A stretch of 35,934 nt of DNA. It comes from Neovahlkampfia damariscottae. Taxonomy: Eukaryota. The notes under the pieces were generated by a model, which did no database searches, was not told the DNA's origin, and worked only from the letters and a program-made list of their open reading frames with translations. The stretch covers positions 1 through 35,934 of the forward strand of contig JABLTG010000183.1 of NCBI GenBank assembly GCA_016618085.1. The letters run 5' to 3'. A program made the position numbers and the translations under genes. Of this stretch, positions 23,552 to 33,142 are shown in pieces. How positions within the stretch are numbered: the first letter of the stretch is position 1; each line of letters starts with the position of its first letter.

Positions 23552-24709
23552 ATGCTAACTCTTCTGCTCTTAGTAGCATCCTTGTTCGTAATTCGATTGA
23601 TTTACCACCAAAAACAAGAAAAAAGAGCAAATACAATCCTAGACAATCTTCAGATCTGGAAAAACAATTACTTGCTAAAAAAATACAACCAAAAAAAAAA
23701 TAAACAACCACAAAGAGTGGAAAAAATTCTAGTCACAGGAGGCTGTGGTAATTTTGGAACTATATTAATAGATATGCTATGCCAAAGGTTTCCGGATGCA
23801 AAAATTATTAGTTTAGATAAAATAACAAAAAAACCAAAAAAAAATGTGGAATATGTTTCAGCAGACATTTCGAATATAAAATCAATGGAATCACATTTCA
23901 AAGATGTAGATACTGTTTTTCATACTGCTGCTATTGTTGAACTTGATTGTAATCGAGAAAAGATATTTACAACGAATATCATTGGGACACAAAATATCCT
24001 TGAATGTTGTTTAGAAAATAATGTTTATACTTTAATACATACATCCAGTACCACTGCATTTCAACCAAAATATAACCTGATCAATGTGGATGAGTCAGTG
24101 GAATACACAGATGATCATGATTCTTATGGTGAATCCAAAAAACACACTGAAAAAATTGTTATGGAGGTAAATGGATACAATGGGTTGAATACTGTAGTTT
24201 TTTCAACTGCTGGATTATGGGGTCCTTGTGATAAAGTTGCATTTGAAACAGTGGCAAAGATAACAATTCCGATTTCAATTTCAACACTCTCTTCAGCAAT
24301 AGTTACTAATTGTTACGTTGAAAACGCTGCTCATGCACAAATTTTAGGTCTTGAAAATATTGAAATTGCAGCTGGTAATCGGTTCTTTGTTTCTGATGAC
24401 GAATTAATGGACATTTCTGGATTTCAAACAAAAGTGATTGAAGGATTCACTCAAAAAACGCCAAAATTTTATTTATTACCTTATTCTATATTTAAATGTA
24501 TCTGTTATTCACTTTATTATTTAAAATGGTTCTTGGATCCAATTATTGAGATACATATTCCAATTACTAAAGCATATATGCAATATTCAATTGGTTTGAC
24601 ATTAAACATTTCAAAAATTAAAAAAGAGTTAAAATACAAACCTTTATATACTATTACAGAAGCAGTTAAGAAATCTGTCAAAATTTATAACTCCAACAGG
24701 ATAAAATAA
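23552..24709 (+). CDS. 3-beta-hydroxysteroid dehydrogenase / NSDHL-like extended SDR
   Basis: ILVTGGCGNFG, VFHTAA, NIIGTQNIL, TSS, YGESK, YVENAAHA and ELKYKP. Confidence 0.85.
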   Translation: MLTLLLLVASLFVIRLIYHQKQEKRANTILDNLQIWKNNYLLKKYNQKKNKQPQRVEKILVTGGCGNFGTILIDMLCQRFPDAKIISLDKITKKPKKNVEYVSADISNIKSMESHFKDVDTVFHTAAIVELDCNREKIFTTNIIGTQNILECCLENNVYTLIHTSSTTAFQPKYNLINVDESVEYTDDHDSYGESKKHTEKIVMEVNGYNGLNTVVFSTAGLWGPCDKVAFETVAKITIPISISTLSSAIVTNCYVENAAHAQILGLENIEIAAGNRFFVSDDELMDISGFQTKVIEGFTQKTPKFYLLPYSIFKCICYSLYYLKWFLDPIIEIHIPITKAYMQYSIGLTLNISKIKKELKYKPLYTITEAVKKSVKIYNSNRIK

Positions 24710-24769
24710 AACTTCTTTCCAACCAATCATATTACTTCTTAAACAACACCTCTGTCAGTTGAAACACAA

Positions 24770-27700
24770 ATGTCTGAAAACTCAAACAGAAAACCAAATA
24801 TTGAGCCGCCTGAAAAAAAAATATTTGAACTTGAACAAAAACCGAAACTTAGACATAAAAGAACAAGATCTGAACCTGACAAACCTGGAAAAACATCAAT
24901 TGATTCAGAAAGAGTGACAGTTGAAAGAATATCAAAACAAAAACCTGAAAATAGAAAAAAATCAGGCCTCGGAGATTTATTTTCAAAATTTCCAACCAAA
25001 ATGTTAAGCAAAACATTTGATAGTAATGATGATGCCACTGTTGAATCCATGAAAGAGTTCTCTCACACCTCAAAAGCAGAAACTTTTCTATCACAAACAA
25101 CAAATAAAAAAAAAGAACCACCAAAAAAAGCCAAAAAATTTACAACTTCAAAAGAGTTGTCAACCTATGAAAGAAATTACTACGAAGTAACTTTTTCAAG
25201 TGTCATTTTATATAATGGTTTTATTCTATTAATCATGCTATTAATAAGAATTGGGTAACAAAATCTGTTTTTTAATACATAAATAGACCAAATTTTTCAA
25301 GACCAGAAGAGTTATCACCATTACATGACTCTTCTTCAAACATCACTAGAATTGAAGAAAAGGATATCAAAATTTTGTTCAGTTTGACTTATTATGTCTC
25401 AGCTTCTGTCGCTTATATATTTTCTTCTCTTGTTTCTGTAATAGCAATAATTTTAGGAAGAGGAATATATTCAAAATTCAATAAGAAATTCCATAAATTC
25501 GGAATAATCTCATTGAGATTCACTGTTTTATTCATGAGTTCAATTTTCATTTTTCTTGGACAATTGACAACTACAATTGGAGTTCTATACATAAGTGCTC
25601 CAGTAAATTTTTATATTATTTTATGTGGAAGAATTATTTACGGATTTGCTGATGGAATGCAAGAGAGTTCTCAATTCTTTAAAAATTAACTTTTTCTAGT
25701 TTATATTTTGGGTTATATTGCAGATGAATTTAAGAATAAGAATTTTGCAAATGCAGTTAGTTTGTTTATTGCAATTTGGTCTGTTGGTAAAGTTTGGGTT
25801 CCAACATACCATCGATATATACCAATCGATTATTATTTATGGTTTATTACTTCACTATGTTTTTGTGCATTGATTGTTGTTGTATTATTTGGCTCTATTC
25901 ATGTAAGAATTACTTTTTTTTTGATCAATACCTCTCAGCATGGATTCCATTCTCATTTAAAGAATAATCCAGAAAATTTGATTTTAGAACAAGAACCAAA
26001 GAAATTTACTATTCAGAATATTGTTATTTTGATTTGTGGAGCTATTTGCTTCTTGTACATTCGTTTTACATTTTACCTATCAGGTTGGGTTTTTCCATTT
26101 TCAGATTATGGAAGAAGGTTCATTTTGTCCAACTTCCCACAAGTGACTGAATTAAATTTGGTGGCATATATTCAATTGGCTTATTTTTGTAGAGCAGTTG
26201 CTTCACCATGTCTATCAGCATTGATACAAAGTGAATATGAGAATCATGGAGAAAAATTAACAGTTGAAAAAACTGATTCAATACCAAAGAGTGAATTGAG
26301 ATATTGTTTTGGAATCTTACAAACGAAAAATAGTATTGGAAATCAAGGTTTTGAAAATTTCTCAAATCAATTGCATTTATATACCATCTTTGAACACAAA
26401 TTTCATTTCTTGACTTGTAAGTACTTTTTTTTGCATTGATTAAAGAAATTAGTGTTCATTGGTTTGTTTGTTTGTGCTATTTGTAACATTTTACTTCATT
26501 ATTCTTCTTTTGTTTACACAAAACCTGTTTTTTCAATTATGGCAATTATTTTAGGAATTTCATTGGCTTCTGTTTCAAATGCTGTTTTTTCTTTTCCATT
26601 TTTATGGATTTCCAAATTTTGGAATAAAAATATGATATCTCAAAAGTATCAAGCATTCATGGGAATTGCTTTATTGATGTATAATTTAGCTCAATTAATG
26701 ATATCTCATGTGTTCAATGATGGAGGAATGTTTATTCAATGGTGGATAGGTGTTTCATTATTCTTCACCATGTTATTCGTTTATTTGATTATTTTAGGAG
26801 TAGTAGCTTTTTTTCATCGATTTGAATTTGTAAATTATAAAGAATACCAAGCAAGCTCAATTCTAAAACAATTAACAAGAGTGATTCATTTCTTCAAATT
26901 AATTTACGCTCTATTTATTGATATATTGATATTTGTATTGGTATCCATTGTATTATTTATTGCATCAGGTTCATTAAATGTGATTATCAGTTTAGCAACT
27001 GTTACAGAAATATCACTTGTAGAAGTTATATACTTACCTGTACTCTTCATATTAATGTGTATTTCATTATTTTTGGTTTATCCAGGAGTGTTAACTAGAT
27101 TTGGTGGTGTTCTATTTTTTAAAAATTGTCGAAGAGAATCAGGTTTTATTAGACATCCTTTAGTGTCTCAAGTAATGAGTAGAAATACAAATATGACATT
27201 AGCTGTCAATCTCATGAAATCAAAGTACAAATCTGCATGGACAAAATGTCAAACAAGACATATGAAACAAAAAGTATTGGTGAAAGTTACAGCTGATGAT
27301 TATATTGCCACAGATACAACAAATTTCCCAAGAATTCAATACAAACTATTTGAAGATGAAAAAGATTTTGATATTGAAAAAGCAAAAATACTTGAAAATG
27401 ATTACTTAATTTGTTGTGAAAATGGGTGGGTTCAGTTTCGTGATTCCAAAAATTTTTATCAAGAAAGATACATCATTGATATTCAAATTTTCAGTCGTAC
27501 AAATATGCTGTTGGTATTTTCTGCATATACAATATACTTTTTGATCCCAATCGTCAGAAATTTGATACTTGGTAAAGATCCAATTAATATTTCAGATCCA
27601 GGAGGTACAATGATTTTGATTGGTTTTAATTTCTATTCAGGTGCTATCATCTCTTTTTTGAATTTCTTTTTTGGTATTTTTTTATTGTTACCTCAAATTG

Positions 27701-28511
27701 CTCTGTGGGTCAGGATCTATTCAACACTGGAAAGTCTAAGAAAACGTGCTTGGAGAGTTTACAATTTGGCACAAAAAACATTTGCTTCTGAAAATAGAAA
27801 TAATTTGTCTTTTGAAGCAGCCAATAAGTGGAATGCGGAATTTGGTCATGTAAGAATTAATTATAGACTAATTCATTTTAGTTGCAAGATTTGGTGGATG
27901 CAAAATCGAATTTCTTGAAAAAGAGTATACTGTTTTGTTTGCTTATCGCAAAATCATCAACTTCCACTATTTCTATATTAGCTTTATTTTCAAGTTTAGA
28001 AGTTAAACAAGCTTTATTCTTTGCTCTTTTTCTTGAAATATCAGTTCTGTTGTTTATTTTACTTCCTGGAAGTACTGTAACTTACAGAATGGAGCAATGC
28101 TTAAAAACTTTGAAAAAATCAGCCAGAGGACTTGAGTTAAAATTATCACATAAAAAACAGATTCTAGAATCAATCTCAAAAGAGGAAGATCAAATTTCAT
28201 TGATCCAGGAAATGGAATTATTAGGTATTGAAGATGAACAAAAAATTGATCATTCCATGAAAGAAGACTTGACACCCAAAGCGGCAAAAGATCATTTGGC
28301 TGAAGATATTTATCTCAATCGAGTTTCATTGAGAATGCATTTTTTATATAAGCTATGGCAGGCCAGAATTCCTTTAGGATTTCAACTGAATTTTACTGCA
28401 GTTGATGAATTCAATTTTAAACTAACCATCAATAAGGAGTTACTAAGTTCAAATGTACAATCTTTAATTTTCACTCTAATACCTGCATTTGTCACGAAGC
28501 TCATCCAATAA
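24770..28511 (+). CDS. Large multi-pass membrane protein with MFS-like N-terminal half; introns 25255-25286, 25667-25699, 25903-25938, 26417-26452, 27850-27881
   Basis: Five same-strand ORFs join in frame through GT-AG introns. GRIIYGFADG resembles MFS motif B, and there are many TM segments. Exon structure near 26230-26420 is uncertain. Confidence 0.62.
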
Positions 28512-28673
28512 AAAGGGAAATTTTTGACCAACCAAATCACAGTAATTCAGTGAAACTTCAAGATTCTCTCAACAGATAATGGAAATTAAAAGAATTTTAT
28601 TTAGATTTCACTTTTTTTTTCTCGTATTAATTGACTTTTGCTTCATTTTAATTGGATAACGGTCAAAAATTAG

Positions 28674-29318
28674 ATGAACAACAACGGAGCAAACAACTTT
28701 CTCCTGAAAATTCAATGCTCAACAGGAGAAAGATATATGATAGTAGTACATCCAAACTCCATTATAGACCACGTCATAGACAAAATTAAAGCAGAGTTTT
28801 CAAAACATTCAAGCTCAAGAGCGTTCATTCAAATATCTAAAATTACTGACGATAAACAGTTTTGTGTTCATGAATCATTTTATTCATCATACCCAATATC
28901 AACGTTTTTCAAATCTGGTGATGTTATTAAAGTAGAAAACTTATATATCGCTCCTGCTTCTATTGCACCTTTGACACAAGAATTTCCTATTAAAAATACT
29001 ACCGTATTTCCAACTTTTGAATCAAGTGAAGAAGATGATTTTCCAATATTTACGAACCCAAGTGTAAAAAGAACAAGAGATATTTTTACAGATGAAGATA
29101 CAAGTTCTGGAAATGACGAAAAAATTCAAAAAAAACAAGTGAAAAAAAAAATAAAAAAAACACCTTTTGAAGAGTTAAAACAATGGTTAATTGAAAATTA
29201 CAAAGGAAAAGAGTTTAAAGGTGAAAAACTTGATACTTTTTGGTACATGTATAAAAAATTAGAACAACAAGAAAAAGCAGAAATTGTGAAACTTTTCAGT
29301 GAAAAAAGTATTTTTTAA
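28674..29318 (+). CDS. Hypothetical protein, possible ubiquitin-like N-terminal domain and basic NLS
   Basis: 214-aa ORF with ATTGG at 28651. The N-terminal pattern is beta-beta-alpha-beta, followed by an acidic linker and KKQVKKKIKK. Confidence 0.65.
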   Translation: MNNNGANNFLLKIQCSTGERYMIVVHPNSIIDHVIDKIKAEFSKHSSSRAFIQISKITDDKQFCVHESFYSSYPISTFFKSGDVIKVENLYIAPASIAPLTQEFPIKNTTVFPTFESSEEDDFPIFTNPSVKRTRDIFTDEDTSSGNDEKIQKKQVKKKIKKTPFEELKQWLIENYKGKEFKGEKLDTFWYMYKKLEQQEKAEIVKLFSEKSIF

Positions 29319-29340
29319 GTAAAATTTTATGTTTATTTTT

Positions 29341-29812
29341 TTAAAAACCTAATCCTCTTAAATACAAGAGAACTAAACGAACATGGTTTCCTTTAATTTC
29401 TAAAGTACCTGTTTTTTCAATGACTATTTTGTTTGTGATTTTCATTAATTCTTTACGAAGTTCTGTTGTATCTCCTTGTATTTTTCTGACAACTGTCAAT
29501 GCTAAAGATCTTCCTTTTCTATTTTAAAAATATTTATAATTTGTTTTATTTTTACTTGTAGTCAATGTAAACTGGAAGTGAACCTGATTGTGTTCTTTGT
29601 ACATGAAATGGTAATTCTTCTTTTAAACCGATTGGAAATTCAAAACCTGTTGGAAGTTTTGGTTTTTCATTTAATTCCATTTTTACAACAAAATCTTTTT
29701 GTAGTTCGTATTTCAAAGGTACTTTTTTCAATTGTTGAATTAACAAATTGTTAGGTGCATTATTTTTAAAAATTTGTTTTGCAATTTTTGGAATTGTTCT
29801 ATTCTTCAACAT
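29341..29812 (-). CDS. MRPL49: Mitochondrial ribosomal protein mL49 (Img2); intron 29519-29555
   Basis: LPFHVQRTQSGSLPVYIDYK|KGR...TVVRKIQGD...LEIKGNH...LRGLGF*, with a presequence-like N-terminus. Confidence 0.88.
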
Positions 29813-29968
29813 GCTTCAACAATTTTTGGTTTAGTCTACTTCGATTGGTCAATTTTTTCAGAAAACAAATAAATAAATTTAACATTTTAGAAAGAAAAAT
29901 AAACAACAGAAATAAAAGTAGTTATCAACTAAATTAAAATACAAAATTAACTTTTAAGAAATTACAGT

Positions 29969-31297
29969 TTATTCTTCAATAATTTCTTCTTCTTCAATGA
30001 AGTCTTCAATTGTACCTGTTTCGTATTGTTGGTATTCAGCAATTAAATCATTCATATTTGATTCAGCTTCAGTGAATTCCATTTCATCCATACCTTCTTC
30101 AATGTACCAATGAACATAAGCTTTCTTTTTAAGCATAGCAGAGAATTGAGTACCAACTCTTTTGAATACATCTTGAATAGCAGTTGAATTTCCAATAAAT
30201 GTAGCAGAAACGTCACTTGAAACTGAAGGAACATCACAAATTGAGTATTTGATATTATTTGGAATCCATTCAACAAACATATCTGCTTCTTTTTGTTGAA
30301 TTTTTGTCATTTGATCATCAACATCTTTTGTTGAACATTTTCCTCTAAATGTAACATTAGCAGTCAAATATTTTCCATTTCTTGGATCACAAGCAGCCAT
30401 CATGTTATTTGAATTAAAAACTTGTGATGTTAATTCTGAAACTGACATAGAATTATAAGTTGAACTTGTTAATGAAGCTAAAGGAGCATGTCCAATTAAG
30501 AAGAAGTGAAGTCTTGGGAATGGTACTAAATTTACAGCGAGTTTTCTAAGATCACTATTAAGTTGTCCTGGAAATCTAAGTGAACATGTAACATCTGACA
30601 TTACTCTAGCAACTAAATTGTTCAAATCTGAGAATGTTGGTGATTTCATTTGAAGTGTTTTTGTACAAATGTCATTTAAAGCTTGATTATCAATACAAAA
30701 TACTTCATCGCAACTTTCAATCAATTGATGTGTTGAGAGTGTAGCATTATATGGTTCTACAACTGTATCTGATACTTTTGAAGGTAAAACTGAAAATGTT
30801 GAAATAATTCTATCAGGATATTCTTCTTTTAATTTTGAAAGTAAAAGTGTTCCAAGACCTGATCCTGTACCTCCTCCTAATGAATGACATAATTGAAATC
30901 CTTGAAGACAATCGGACATTTCAGCTTCTCTTCTAATTGAGTCCATAACTGAGTCAATGAGTTCAGCTCCTTCTGTGTAATAACCTTTTGCCCAGTTGTT
31001 ACCAGCACCGTTTGTACCATAAATAAAGTTATCTGGATGAAAGTTTTTTCCGAATTTTGAAGAGCGAATGCTGTCCATTGTACCTGGTTCTAAATCGCAC
31101 ATAATACTTCTTGGTACATATCTTTTGTTGTTTGCTTCTTTGAAATATACATTGAGTCCATCTCTTTTGACGTCGTTTTTTCCAAAGTATTGTCCTTTTT
31201 CATCTATGTCGTGTTCTTGACTAATTTGTTCCCAGAAAGCTGTTCCTATTGCATTTCCACATTGTCCTACTTGAAGGTGAATAATTTCTCTAACCAT
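29969..31297 (-). CDS. TUBB: Divergent beta-tubulin, intronless
   Basis: [48 protein letters not shown] and [15 protein letters not shown]. The true ATG is at 31297; the ORF-track extension is upstream sequence. Confidence 0.97.
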   Translation of the reverse strand: MVREIIHLQVGQCGNAIGTAFWEQISQEHDIDEKGQYFGKNDVKRDGLNVYFKEANNKRYVPRSIMCDLEPGTMDSIRSSKFGKNFHPDNFIYGTNGAGNNWAKGYYTEGAELIDSVMDSIRREAEMSDCLQGFQLCHSLGGGTGSGLGTLLLSKLKEEYPDRIISTFSVLPSKVSDTVVEPYNATLSTHQLIESCDEVFCIDNQALNDICTKTLQMKSPTFSDLNNLVARVMSDVTCSLRFPGQLNSDLRKLAVNLVPFPRLHFFLIGHAPLASLTSSTYNSMSVSELTSQVFNSNNMMAACDPRNGKYLTANVTFRGKCSTKDVDDQMTKIQQKEADMFVEWIPNNIKYSICDVPSVSSDVSATFIGNSTAIQDVFKRVGTQFSAMLKKKAYVHWYIEEGMDEMEFTEAESNMNDLIAEYQQYETGTIEDFIEEEEIIEE

Positions 31298-31347
31298 TTG
31301 TCCTCTGTTGTTGCTGTTGTTGTAAAGTTGTTGGTGAGTAAAGTGGA

Positions 31348-31428
31348 CCAATCAGAATCCTTATATAATCCATTTTGGCGGTAATTTTTTGGCGGAACCA
31401 ATGAATGATTTCTTGTATTTCCCATTGG
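31348..31428. promoter_or_regulatory. Tubulin upstream region: CCAAT (31348, 31398, inverted 31424), TTATATAA (31361) and two TTTTGGCGG elements (31373, 31387)
   Basis: Motifs read directly from the sequence; GGCGG is conspicuous in this AT-rich DNA. Confidence 0.65.
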
Positions 31429-31542
31429 ACAAAATATAATACTTGGTAAAATATTTAGCGCATTCATTTTTCTGTTATTAGAGAAAACACTGTTAAGAAA
31501 TAGATTTATTTCTGCTTTAAATTTTATCCAATAAAAAAATAG

Positions 31543-31746
31543 ATGCATCTTATTTTGCGTAATTCAACAAAGTTTTTCAAGAGAAATTTTTCAAACAAGT
31601 ATAAAATCAAACTGAGCTCACCAAAACAAGAAAAATTTAATTTTTCAACTTGCAAACCTTCAATTTTGAGCATTCACAACAATAGTTCAGCATTATTGAT
31701 GATTCAGGAGATATTTGACGAAGAAGATGATGAAGAAGGAAGGTGA
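31543..31746 (+). CDS. Small protein with mitochondrial presequence-like body and acidic tail (NFD6-like?)
   Basis: CCAAT at 31528; basic Ser-rich N-terminus, then SILSIHNNSSALL and EIFDEEDDEEGR*. Confidence 0.55.
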   Translation: MHLILRNSTKFFKRNFSNKYKIKLSSPKQEKFNFSTCKPSILSIHNNSSALLMIQEIFDEEDDEEGR

Positions 31747-31970
31747 CAATAATTTCAAATTTAAACATTTGAAAATTCAAACAAAAATCAACAAAAACAA
31801 CCAAAAACCATCAAAATAAACTCATCTTCAACATTTATTTAAAGTTTCAATTTTCCAATCCACAAAATCAAAATTCAAACCTTTTGTTGAAAAAATAAAA
31901 AAAATAAAAAAAAATTTCTCAATTGAAAGAGTCGACCAATAAAACAGCCGAAAAATACAAAATTCAACAC

Positions 31971-32303
31971 ATGCTTCGTCAGTCCTTCAAACAATTTCAA
32001 AAAACTTCAACAAAACAAACATCTTCATTTTCATCTTTCAAAAACCAAAACAACACTAACAACATCATAATAACCAACGAAAACGCAACAAAACCAATTT
32101 TATGTAAAATGTCACCTGCCTTATACCTCAATCAATTAATTTTTATCGGTGACTATGATATTGATGATGGTAAGTATCACGAAAAAAATTTCACATCTTT
32201 TCTTCATTTTCAAGATCGATAAAGAAAAAAAAAAGATGTGATTTTTTTTTTTTCCTAACATTTTTGTGTAGATACTTAAACTCACTTTCTTGTAGATTTG
32301 TGA
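31971..32303 (+). CDS. Second small presequence-plus-acidic-tail protein, with alternative terminal exons
   Basis: CCAAT at 31936; MLRQSFKQF...PALYLNQLIFIGDYDIDD. A perfect donor GTAAGT at 32170 is followed by candidate acceptors at 32214, 32271 and 32295. Confidence 0.6.
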
Positions 32304-32340
32304 AAGAACAAAAAAAGAAAGTGAAAAAAAAATAAAATTT

Positions 32341-32908
32341 TTAATCTTTATTTATACCGAATAATCTGACTCCATGAAAAGCGGGTAATTTTCCAGCAAT
32401 TGAAAAAACACATATAAATAAATTTAAATATATTGAGTATACTGATCCATTCATATAAATTGCTAATCCAGTCCTAAAACATTATTTTTTAATTTTTTTT
32501 TTTTTTCGTTTACAAAAACAAAGGAATAATTAAAAATCTCTTTTTAATAGGTGAGAACATTACATTTTCATCAATTTGTTCCCAAAAAGTCATTTTATCA
32601 TATTTACCCGGAGCGTCTTTTTAAAATTAAAAAAAAAGTAGTTTACGAAAATCATCTGGAAATGGAGATCCTTTTAACCAATGTAAAAAGAAAAATGTAA
32701 TCTATTAAACATGTTTTTTAATTTTTTTTTTTTTTACAAAAGCATGGAGTAAATTTATGATTGAAAAAATAACTTCTTTTGGAGTACCAATGAGAACAAA
32801 TAAAAAAATGAAAAAGAATATAGTAACAATATACCACATCCAAAAACCGATACCTGATATAGCGACTGTATTTGGATTTCTGCTTTTTGCTTCGTCGTAA
32901 ACACTCAT
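32341..32908 (-). CDS. ORMDL: ORMDL/Orm sphingolipid-synthesis regulator; introns 32702-32737, 32617-32646, 32474-32513
   Basis: NPN...G.W..Y, HWLKGSPF, GKYDKMTFWEQID and KLPAFHGVRLFGINKD*. Confidence 0.92.
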
Positions 32909-33142
32909 TTTTTACAGTTGTAGGTATTTACCAATCAAAACGTTCGAGATTTGTGATTGAACAATCGATCCTTCAAATGAACAATTTTTGAACGGAAAAA
33001 AAATTCAAAAAATCAATGGGATATTTATTTGATTTAAATGGATGACAAAAAATTGACTTTTGAAAAACTTTCCAAAACAAGATTCGAAGCCCAATAATTA
33101 TCCGATGAAATCAAAAATCATGGCAAAAAGAAACAAGTAGTT

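Noticed and set aside
32936..33142. GTTCGA B-box-like motif and a tiny ORF between ORMDL and MMUT
   Set aside because: No tRNA cloverleaf or A box, and the ORF is under 25 codons.
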